Origin: the human T2T-CHM13v2.0 reference genome, Homo sapiens
Length of the DNA stretch: 64,000 nt
NCBI RefSeq assembly: GCF_009914755.1
Contig: NC_060931.1
Direction: 5' to 3' (one strand)
Below, piece by piece: positions 54,267-64,000 of this stretch; position 1 is the stretch's first letter, and every line of letters begins with the position of its first letter. The notes beneath the pieces are model-generated. The model saw only the letters and a list, made by a program, of their open reading frames with translations. It was not told the DNA's origin and did no database searches. The position numbers were made by a program, and so were the translations under genes.

Positions 54267-54569
54267 CTTTTTCAACATTTTAAACATATTTTTACACAGA
54301 ACACATATCTTTATGTAAACAGAGTCTATACATCTTCATGCAAATGGGTTTTTAATCCTAATTACAAACAATTTTATGTAAAATATTTTTAAAGGAATTT
54401 TAGTTTGGCGAAAGAATTATGTTGAAGACAAACATTTAAAAAGATTTGAAGATGGAAAGAATTGATATAGCACCTGTGTAAGTCTCTAACTTTTTCACCT
54501 ACGTAATTTGTTTGGGGATGAAAACAGGGTCTTTATTTTTGAGGAATTATGATACTGGAAAAAGGACAA

Positions 54570-54745
54570 AACAGAAACTTAGGAGACCTGAGTGTGAATC
54601 CTAGCACCACCACTTATTAACTGGATGTACTTGTAAAAGGAAACATTTTCTGCCCAACTGCCCTGACAGGATAATTGTAAGGATCAAATATGTATAAAAG
54701 TATGTTATAAATTATGAAGTCCTATCTAAGTCTAATTTATTAATA
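54570..54745 (+). mobile_element. MIR fragment
   Basis: 'ggagacctgagtgtgaatcctagcaccaccacttattaactg...ttgtaaggatcaaat'. Confidence 0.7.
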
Positions 54746-54809
54746 TTTATTGCTGGATCCCTGAGTTACAAAGTGAGCCTTATTTATAGGAGATGGACAG
54801 TGAATTATT

Positions 54810-56600
54810 TTTAATTAAATATTTTTAAATTGCAAAGTGATATATGCTCCTTGGAAGAATAGAAGCAATGCAATAATAAATAAAGACAAAATTAATAATT
54901 TTCCTGTATACTCCTTTCATAACTCTCACAGATAAGCAATATTACAAAGCCCAGGATGTAATTTTCTACAATTTTATCCATGCTCACATAAATTATGTGA
55001 CTATTAAAAGGGTTAACTCTTTGTTTTAAATTTGATAATTTTGCTTGTTTTTCCTAATTATTCTGCTACTTAGGCACATTTATGTTTTTCTGCAATTGTT
55101 ATTTCACTTAATTTTTACTTAAAAGTATAAGATAGTTTGTGTATACTTTGTGTAATCTCCACAGATGAAAGCTGGAAAATCTAACACATTAAAAAAAAAT
55201 AACTTGATTTTGATTTGCATTTCTCTGACGGCCGGTGATGATGAGCATTTCTTCACGTGTCTTTTGGCTGCATAAACATCTTCTTTTGAGAAGTGTCTGT
55301 TCATATCCTTTGCCCACTTTTTGATGGAGTTATTTGATTTTTTTCTTGTAAATTTGTTTAAGTTCTTTGTAGATTCTGGATATTAGCCCTTTGTCAGATG
55401 GGTAGATTGTAAAAATTTTCTCCCATTCTGTAGGTTGCCAGTTCACTCTGATGGTAGTTTCTTTTGTTGTGCAGAAGCTCTTTAGTGTAATTAGATCCCA
55501 TTTGTCTATTTTGGCTTTTGTTGCCATTGCTTTTGGTGTTTTAGTCATGGAGTCCTTGCCCACGCCTAGGTCCTGAATGGTATTGCCTAGGTTTTCTTCT
55601 AGGGTTTTCATGGTTTTAGGTCTAACATTTAAGTCTTTAATCCATCTTGAATTAATTTTTGTAACCCAGCCATCCCTTTACAGGATATATACCCAAAGGT
55701 TTGTAAATCATGCTGCTATAAAGACACATGCACACGTATGTTTATTGTGGCACTATTCACAATAGCAAAGACTTGGAACCAACCCAAATGTCCATCAATG
55801 ATAGACTGGATTAAGAAAAAATGGCACATATACACCATGGAATACTATGCAGCCATAAAAAAGGATGAGTTCATGTCCTTTGTAGGGACATGGATGAAGC
55901 TGGAAACTATCATTCTGAGCAAACTATCACAAGGACAGAAAACCAAATACTGCATGTTCTCACTCATAGGTGGGAATTGAACAATGAGAATACTAGGACA
56001 CAGGAAGGGGAACATCACACACCGGGGCCTGTCATGGGGTTCGGGGACGAGGGAGGGATAGCATTAGGAGATATATCTAATGTAAATGACTAGTTAATGG
56101 GTGCAGCACACCAACATGGCACATGTATACATATGTAATAAACCTGCACGCTGTGCACATGTACCCTAGAACTTAAAGTATAATTTAAACAAAATAATAA
56201 TAATAAAAATAAATAAATAAATAACTTGATAAGTTTCATATGATGAGAGTACCATAAGTTATTCAACTAGTCCTTTATTAATATACATTTATGCTGTTTT
56301 CAATATTTTATCATTGTAAAATATTCTAAATAACCTTTCTTCTGTAGCAAAGTCTTAATTTCTGTTGGATAGACCCATAAAAATGGGTCAAAAATGTGCA
56401 TTTTTTAACTATAAAAGATAATATTAGGTAAGTTGATGAATTCACACTCGTAACAGCCATGAAATTTTTGTCTGGCTAGTCTTAGAGACTGAAAAAAGTA
56501 ATCATTATGCATCGATTGTCTTTTACTGAATTATGAATTATGTTGTGCTTATTTTCATATGCTTGTTTACTATTAGACTTTGTTTTATTCTTGGTGAATC
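54810..56600 (-). mobile_element. L1ME 3' relic hosting the L1PA5-like insertion
   Basis: 'gagtaccataagttattcaactagtcctttattaatatacatttatgctgttttcaata' resumes after the TSD. Confidence 0.5.
55209..56218 (+). mobile_element. L1PA5-like insertion with 5' inversion (55209-55663 antisense, 55664-56218 sense); 12-bp TSD
   Basis: ORF2p remnants on both strands (55330..55611 -, 55738..55980 +); TSD aaataacttgat at 55197-55208 and 56219-56230. Confidence 0.95.
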
Positions 56601-56776
56601 AAGAAAAATATCTGTGGTTTATATTTTACTTGTGTATTTGTATAAAATAATAACTATGACAATATCAATAATCTTGATATTTTTATATTGTTGAAGGATC
56701 TTACAAGACTTAATAATGTGATAGCCTTTAATATATTATGCATAAGCTTAGTTTCAGCCAGAGCAATTATCTAGAG

Positions 56777-56970
56777 CAGTGCTGTCCAGTAGAACTTTCT
56801 GCTCTGATAGAAACATTCTATATCTGCACCGTCCAATGTGGTAGCCATGAGCCTTTGAAATGGAGCTAGTGTAACTGAAAAACTAAAATGTTAATGTTAT
56901 TTAATTTCAATTAATTTATGTTAAATTTAAATAACCACATTACTAGTGGCTACCTTAATAGAGAAGGTAG
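56777..56970. mobile_element. MER3-like hAT-Charlie MITE
   Basis: 'cagtgctgtccagtagaactttctg...gtccaatgtggtagcca...ctagtggctacc'. Confidence 0.9.
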
Positions 56971-58049
56971 GTCTACATATTTTTCCTGTGTTTAGGACTG
57001 ATTTCCTGGGGAAAAAATGTGTGTGTGTTTTTTTTTAACTTGAGTGTTTAAAATATAGCAAAATGGTTGTTTTGCATGGACAATGTATACATGTTACTGA
57101 AGAACTATAGTAATTCAACACAATCAGCCAATGTTGAATGCAATGCTATTCTTTTTTATATACATTTTTCATTCAATACTATGTATTTTTATGTAATGTC
57201 TTATGTTTATTTCTAATTAGGAGGAAACATTATATTTCATCTGAATTCTATCTCATGATTTTATAAACACAGGAATTTAATAAAATACTTTTCATAAAAG
57301 GAAAGTATTCCACTACTCTTCTTGAAGTTTGAATTTCATACAATTAGTTCATGAAATGATTCTTTTTCTCTCTGTCTGATTTGATATCAGACTAAGTCCC
57401 ATCTAATCATGAGGTTTCAAAGCAACTACTTAGAAGAAGGATTTTTTTTTATTTTACTATTTTTTTTCATTGCGGAAAGGAAAGTCAAGAAGAGTTCTGC
57501 TTGTTTCTGACACTAATCTGGCCATCCCAGTTTCTAAATCCTACCAGTGTAATATGCAGATATTGGTGCCTTGAGTAACAGAGAGTGTAATCCTGTTACA
57601 GTCTTAGATTTCTCTGAGTCTTTAGAAATTCTGATTAGCCTTGGTAATCACCTATTTTTTTCCTTGGATATTATTAGTATTTTTGGTGGTTTCTCATCCT
57701 TCCATGTGAGAAAATACGATTTTGACTACAGCTATTTCCAGGATTCTCTTCTGTCGGAGAACTATCACACCATAATTTCTTTTACTTCAATCTGAGTTTG
57801 AGATTTTGTAAGAATATCTAGATACATATTTTATTAAACAGCCATTACATTAAAATTTATCTATTTGAAAAGTGAATTCACATTAAAACTTAAATGTTTG
57901 CAGTATCTGTTCTATTCTGCTTCATTTATCATCGAACACCTTGCAAAATAAGTATAAATGAATTCCTATTTTAATTCCAATTATATATAGGTAATAGAAT
58001 CATGAACTTTCCAAGTGTGCTCAAATCCAGTTAATAATTTTTATGGTGA

Positions 58050-58300
58050 AATGAAGACTATGGCATACATAAGATCACATCCAAGATTTTTCCTCAATTC
58101 CATGACATGTGAAAAATATGGCATTGGGGGCATACCTTCCTTAGCTAGCTATCATTTCCCAACGTGGATCATATTTTTTTCATTTGTAAAAATCCATCTG
58201 ATTACCCTAAGTTCTGTACTGTTGAAACAATTAAATGAGATATGTTATATGCCGATGGTAGAAACATGTCTACCAATCAATTCAGCTATTGGCTTATAAA
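58050..58300 (+). mobile_element. MIR fragment
   Basis: 'tttcatttgtaaaaat...aattaaatgagata'. Confidence 0.5.
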
Positions 58301-59868
58301 TGGTACTTTTGTTTGTTTCTTTCCCTTTTCTGTTAGTTTCATCATAATAAGGTATTGATACTACCTATAGTTTATTCACAAAATCACTTAAAAATTTGGT
58401 AAGGTTAAGAAATGAGGGGAAAAAAGGTCTTTAAAGATCAAATTTACCTGAAATTGAATTGCAATGATACCAAACCCCTGCAATATAACCATGTATCGCT
58501 TAGTAACTTCTTGAGCATCCATACATTCATTCTTTATATTTAAAACAACGCAGTGGGTTAGATCATTAAATTAGATGGTGCAGATGTTCATGGAGTCTGG
58601 CACCTACCAATATGCTCTATACACTATTTCCCTTCTTCCTCTCTTAGGCAAGGCATTTTGGAGAGTGAAATAAAGAAGCTGATGCTTAGTTTGCCTCTAA
58701 AGAATAATATAAGCTATTATTTGAACAAGAAAAATGTAAAACTACAAGTGGGAATCTTTTTAAGCCTGAGATTAGGTTTAATTTAAGAATATGAAGAAAT
58801 CTAGTTGTTTGAACATAAAAGCTTTTCTTTGTTCATACTGTATGTGCTTCTCTTTTTTATGTTTTACAACAAAGCTGAGTTTAAAAAATTATCTACTTGA
58901 TGACTAAGCAAATTGAAACAAGCTTTCTAACATAAGTATAATTTTTACTTTATTTATAAAAGGCAGATTGTGTTGGATTCCTGCCATTCATTCAGTTTTA
59001 AAAAATGACCTCTCTTACTGTCAAATATAAATTCTAAAATGTAAATATTGTTATTTGTTTAAAATTATGTAATAAGTTTTGATAATTATAAATAATCACG
59101 AAGCATGACTAGGATAGATTATCACAATGTCCCTATTGTTATGATTTCTTTTAAATATATCTCCTTTGACAATATATTTTATGAAAATTTCTGCCAGTAG
59201 CTAAAACTCTTGATATTCCAAAAATAAATAAATAAAATGTTAGGTTAGCTTGTGGTCTTTCAAAGTGACTACCCAGCTACCATAATTTTCCATCTTCTTT
59301 TACAAAAGTATAAATAAAATTAAAGTGTGCCTGATAGTTTATAAATATATAAAAAAGAAAGCTTTGGTAGTATTTCAACATATCTAACTTAGATATATTT
59401 TGGGATCAATATAAATTCCTATTAAACATTTTTCAAGAAAACATAAAAAGTTTAAATCAGAATAATAATAAAAAGATTAAATTAACCTTTTTACTGATAA
59501 TGTATTGTGGAAGATTAAGGATAACTGTGAATGTACTGGCACTTCCCATCAGGGATTAGAGGTTACTTCCCCTACTACCTTAACAAATAGAGCATGGTAG
59601 AAGTGATATTATGCTGGTTCTGGTCTTAACCTTTAACAGAACAGACAGATTCCACCTCAGTCTCTTGGGGCCCTAGGACACCATGTAAGAAGTCCAGTGA
59701 GCTTGTTGGAGAGGCCATATGGAAAGTCCCTGAAGCTCAGTAGAGAAAGAAAATGACCGAGCTGAGTCCAACCTTCCAGCCATCTATGCCAAGAAATAGG
59801 CCATCTAGGTGAAGTTGTCTTAGACTCTCTAGACCTACCATTCACCAGCTAAATACCATAGATGACCT

Positions 59869-62043
59869 TGTGTTTTTTTTCTGTTACTTATAACAGAATA
59901 CCTGAAACTAGGCTATTTTAGAAAATAAAGAAAAGGAATATCTCACAGTTATGGAGGCTGAAAAGTCCAAGATCAAATGGCTACATCTGATGAGGGGCTT
60001 TGCGCTGATGGGGACTCTCTGCAGGGTGAATCAGCTCAAGAAATCACATGATGAAGTGGCTGATCATGAATGCATGAATCCATTAGTCCATGAATGAATT
60101 CAAACATTTATGAGGGCAGAGTCCCTATGGCTCAATCACCTCCTGGAAGCCCTGTCTCTCAATAATGCCCCACTGGGGACTAGGTTTTAACATGAGTGTT
60201 GGAGTAGGCAAATATTCGAATCATAGCATTCAGCCCATGGCCCCCCAAAACTCATATTCTCAGATACAAATGCATCTATTCTATCCCCATATCCTCAAAG
60301 TCTTTACTCAAACTAATATCAACTCAAAAATTCAAAATCCAAATTCCCATCTCTTAAATGAAAAGTTACCTACTTCTAAGATGCAATGGTGAGACAGTCA
60401 TAGTGTGCACACTCCCATTTGAAAAGTGAGAAATAGGCCATGTCGACCTAAAGGAAGAAACTGAGGCAAAAATAATATAAGTAGAGAGATTAGTTGGGCC
60501 AACATATGCAGGCCGGATAATTTACCAGCTAGTATAGAAACCACAGAGAAGGAAAGAAAAAGTAAAATACCTTTAAATAATTACCCCCAGGCATGGCTGC
60601 AAGGGAGGTGATCAAAGTCTCAGGCTCATGTCTCTCTGAGCCTCACATTCCTTAAACTGCTCTGAGTCACTTTTCTTTCTCAGCTAAAAGAAAGAGGTAA
60701 CAGTCCCCACGCAAGTACCTATTGGAGTGGAAGGTAGAGCCACACCTGAGGCCCCTTGAGCCGCCCTTGCGGGGCTGAGGAGTACTACACTGAAATGCAG
60801 GGAGGAGAGATCTGATGGGACTTCAGGCAGCAAGCTCATGGTGGGTATGCTGGGTCTGTCCTCTGGAACCCTTCTGCCTTCCTAGGCCTCAAAGCCTGTG
60901 ATGGAGGGGCAGCCTGGAAGATCACTGAAATACCTTCAGCATTTTTCTTCCGTTCTCTTGATGATCCTTTCTCTCTATACAAATCTCCATAGCAAAAGGT
61001 CTCTGGACCACATCCTTGTTTTTCTCTGCTGAACATGCTTTTTCACTCTTCACATGATGAAGCCAGGCTGAGAGTTTTTCAAATCTTTCCGCTTTGCTTC
61101 TCTTTTGAGTGTAAATTCTGTCTTTAAGTCAGTGTTTCCCTCTCACAATTTAATGTAGCAGTTAAAAGTAGCCATGTAGCAGCCTGAATGCTTTGCTGCT
61201 TAGGTATTTCTTCTGCCACATATTCTAATTCATTGCACCTAAGTTCTGCTTTCCATAAAGCACTGCATTCCACACAATGCAGCCAGGTTCTTTGCCAATT
61301 TATAACAAGGATGGCTTTTACTCCAGCTTCTAATACCTTATTCCCCAATTCCATCTGAAATCTCATCAGAATGGCCTTTACTATCCACATTTCTATCTGC
61401 ATTCTAGTCACAACCACTTAACCAATCCAGAGTTCCAAATATTTCCTAGTCTTCTGGTTTTCTAAGTCCTCACCAGAATCTAGGCTTTTCCTAGCCTGCT
61501 CCTCCAAATGATTCCAGCTTCTACTCATTACCCAGTTTCAAAGCCACTTCCAGATTTTCAAGTATTTATTATCAGTAACACACCACCACTCAGCATCAAT
61601 TTTCTCTCTTAGATTGTTTTTTGTTGCCTATAACAGAATACTTGAAACTGAGTAATTTACACAGAAAATAAATTTGTGTTTTTATGGTTATGGAGGATAA
61701 GTTCAAGGTCGAGGGGCAACATATGATGAGAGCATTCTTGCTGGTGGGGACTCTTTGCGAGTCCTGAGGCAGCACAAGACATCACATGGCTAGGGGCCTG
61801 AGCACCCTAGCTTAAGTTTCTCTTCATTTTCTTATAAAGCCACCAGTCACATTCCCATGATAACCCATTAATCCATTAACCTATAGTCCATAAATTTATT
61901 AGTCCATGAATAGACTAATTCATTCATAAGGACAGACCCCTCATGACTCAATGATCTCTTAAGGGCCCCACCTCTCAATACTGCAACTTTGGATATTAAG
62001 CTTCAACATGAGATTTGGAGGGGACGATATTCAAACCAAAGCA
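59869..62043 (-). mobile_element. MST-family MaLR provirus: LTR 59869-60228, internal region, LTR 61605-62043
   Basis: Both LTRs share 'tataacagaatac(c/t)tgaaact...gttatggagg...ggggactct'; internal MaLR motifs 'tccatctgaaatctcatcag', 'cattacccagtttcaaagccacttcca'. Confidence 0.9.
60441..60682 (-). mobile_element. ERV1-class LTR (MER57-like, internally deleted) nested in MST internal region
   Basis: TG...CA ends; 'tgtcgacctaaaggaagaaactgaggcaaaaataatataagtagagag'; flanks gcca/gcta; host reads through as aaataggcca|aaagaaagagg. Confidence 0.75.
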
Positions 62044-62484
62044 GACTCCGTTAAATGTTAGATGGAACAGAAGAACAGCCCATCTGAGCCCTGATCAAAT
62101 TCCTGACCCATAAAATGATGAAATATAATAACATGATTTTTGTTCTCAGACACTAAGTTATACAGTAGCTATTGCACTATAATAAATTAGAAAACATGTA
62201 GAGGTAAAGGACAAGAGTTTCTTTCTAGTTGTATTTAAACACACCACTGTTTCGTTGGTTTTACAGATACTAATTGTTAATATAGTAATTGCAAAATAAT
62301 TTATTCAAACTTGTTCATTTGGGCTGATTAACTGGCCAAGGGTGAGTTTTCTTTGCAATAATTATTTATCATTACTGTCTTTATTTATAGGAATAACCTG
62401 CTGTAAAAATTATAAGATAATACAGAAAAACAGAAAATTTAAGGAAGTAGCATACTGTATTTAGAGAAAAGATTGCTGGGCTCT

Positions 62485-62864
62485 TGTTATGGTTTGAATG
62501 TATTTTGTCTCCTCTAAAATTTATGTGTTGGAATCTCAATCTGCAATGCAATAGTGTTAGGAGGTGAGACCTTTTGGGAGGTGTTTAAGTCATTAGGGCA
62601 ACACTCTTATGAATGGATTAATGCTACAAAATGGGCTAGAGAGAATGGGTTCTCTCTCTTCTGCTTTTGTATGTGAGGACTCAGTCCTCTCTTGCCATTC
62701 CACCTCTTGCCATGTGAGGATGTCACAAGAAGGTCATTATCAGATATTGGTGATTTGATCTTGAACTTCTTAATCTTTAGAACTATGACAGGATAAGTTT
62801 CTGTTCTTTATAAATTACCCTGTCTCAGATATTTTGTTATAGCCACACAAAACAGACTAGGACA
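62485..62864 (+). mobile_element. MSTD-like MaLR solo LTR
   Basis: 'tgttatggtttgaatg...cacaaaacagactaggaca'; flanks gctct/gctgt. Confidence 0.9.
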
Positions 62865-62874
62865 GCTGTTTATC

Positions 62875-63015
62875 AAAACATCTGAGATAAAAGATTTACT
62901 TTTTATTAGCTTGAAAAATTTGATCAAGTCTCTACCTTTATAGGTCTTAATTTCTTCATCTATAAAATGAACTTATTACATTGCCTGTGCCTAAGGTAGC
63001 TTCCAACTCTATTTG
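62875..63015 (+). mobile_element. MIR/MIR3 fragment
   Basis: 'tgatcaagtctctacctttataggtcttaatttcttcatctataaaatga...ctaaggtagcttccaactct'. Confidence 0.7.
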
Positions 63016-64000
63016 AAAAAATCTCTAAATTTTGGCTGTGTCATTAATTTACAAATGTTTGGAAATTTTACAATTAAAATAGTTCCAAAACTTGGAGATT
63101 TTAGAGCAAATAACTTCCCTCCACACCACTAAGTACTGTAGCATTTTAAAAATTCTTGGCTTTCCTAACTATTTCATCCTCCTAAATGAAGGCTTGATTT
63201 TTTCCCAGTAAGAACCACTTTTACAGAAAGGAGTCAATACTACTGCTTGATCTTCAGGTGTTGAATTGTCAGGTAACTTGTAGCTTGGAGAGTGCTTACT
63301 CATATATCATTTATCACAATGACTGTATTTTCTCATGCCTCACGTGAACATTCCAGTGTATAAATAGTTTGTTTTTGCCTCTTAATTTGATGTCTTTTCT
63401 GCAATTGCCCTGCTTTGAAGTTACTGTGATAGCATCAAGTTATAAAATAATATTTGGATAATTTTAAATATAGTTAGCTATAGAAATTGTCTAACATAAT
63501 TGGGCATGTGAGTTTGGGAAGGAATACTGTTAGTGCATGTGAATTTTACCTTTAGACTCATGTGAATCTGTTACACTGTGGATTTCACAGTAGCATTTCC
63601 TGTCTTCTTGCCTTCATTTAGGGTGACACTTTGATCAAAGGTGGTAAAGCATGAAATTATGACCAGATGTAAGAGTGTCACATGCTATTTCAAAGTCCCA
63701 CTGCAGTTGGAAAATTTTCTGATTATCTGAACCCACCCACATGGGAATTAAAATTCAGTGTGCCTGACATTACAGCATGTTTTAACAAGAGCACAATTAT
63801 ATTCCTACCCTGTTCCAATATAGAGTTGCCTAGTCAGAATTGTTAGACAAGTCCATAGAGGATAGAAACTGTCACCAAGCATTAGCTCACATGGGAGAGT
63901 AAAATGAAGCCAACTATTTCTTCCTTTATAAGAATCACTAATTGTATGTTATTTAAAAATATGTGCTCCTAGGCCAGGAGGAAGCCCTGAGAATGTAAGA

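Larger units (their letters stand above)
59504..62196 (+). mobile_element. MLT1H/G-like LTR split into 59504-59868 and 62044-62196
   Basis: 'ccatgtaagaagtcca...ggagaggccatatgg...ccagctaaatacca' resumes as 'gaagaacagcccatctgagccctgatcaaattcctgaccca'. Confidence 0.8.

Noticed and set aside
58447-58477. Minus-strand ~30-nt exon-like segment (GFGIIAIQFQ), and similar minus-strand candidates at ~47871-47941 and ~52543
   Set aside because: Isolated, with poor pyrimidine tracts or in-frame stops, and no consistent minus-strand chain.
61124-61417. 97-aa minus-strand ORF
   Set aside because: Lies within the MST internal region; a decayed MaLR sequence.

Overview
AT-rich, CpG-depleted primate genomic DNA (probably human or another ape: AluJ/S and L1PA4/5-like elements are present). 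It reads as intronic or intergenic sequence. I see no CpG island, RNA gene, CRISPR array or recognisable intact protein-coding gene. The supplied ORFs are short and mostly lie in Alu, L1 or LTR relics. Roughly half the window is interspersed repeat: old L1M fragments, six younger L1P 3' ends, six Alus, MaLR/ERVL/ERV1 LTRs, Tigger/Tc2/hAT DNA transposons, MIR and L2. The best-supported unusual structures are: (i) a 5'-inverted (twin-primed) L1PA4-like insertion that also carries an apparent ~50-70 nt 3' transduction inside an 18-bp TSD (21661-22543); (ii) a second twin-primed L1PA5-like insertion with a ~190-nt deletion at the inversion point (55197-56230); (iii) a three-tier LTR nest (59504-62196); (iv) a 111-bp tandem repeat built from palindromes (35450-35740). 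More speculative are two sets of phase-compatible, plus-strand exon-like segments in unique sequence (2.1-10.3 kb and 37.7-57.8 kb). They might be remnants of an unrecognised, possibly pseudogenised, multi-exon gene that I could not name. Repeat subfamily names come from recalled consensus motifs, and boundaries of old elements are approximate.
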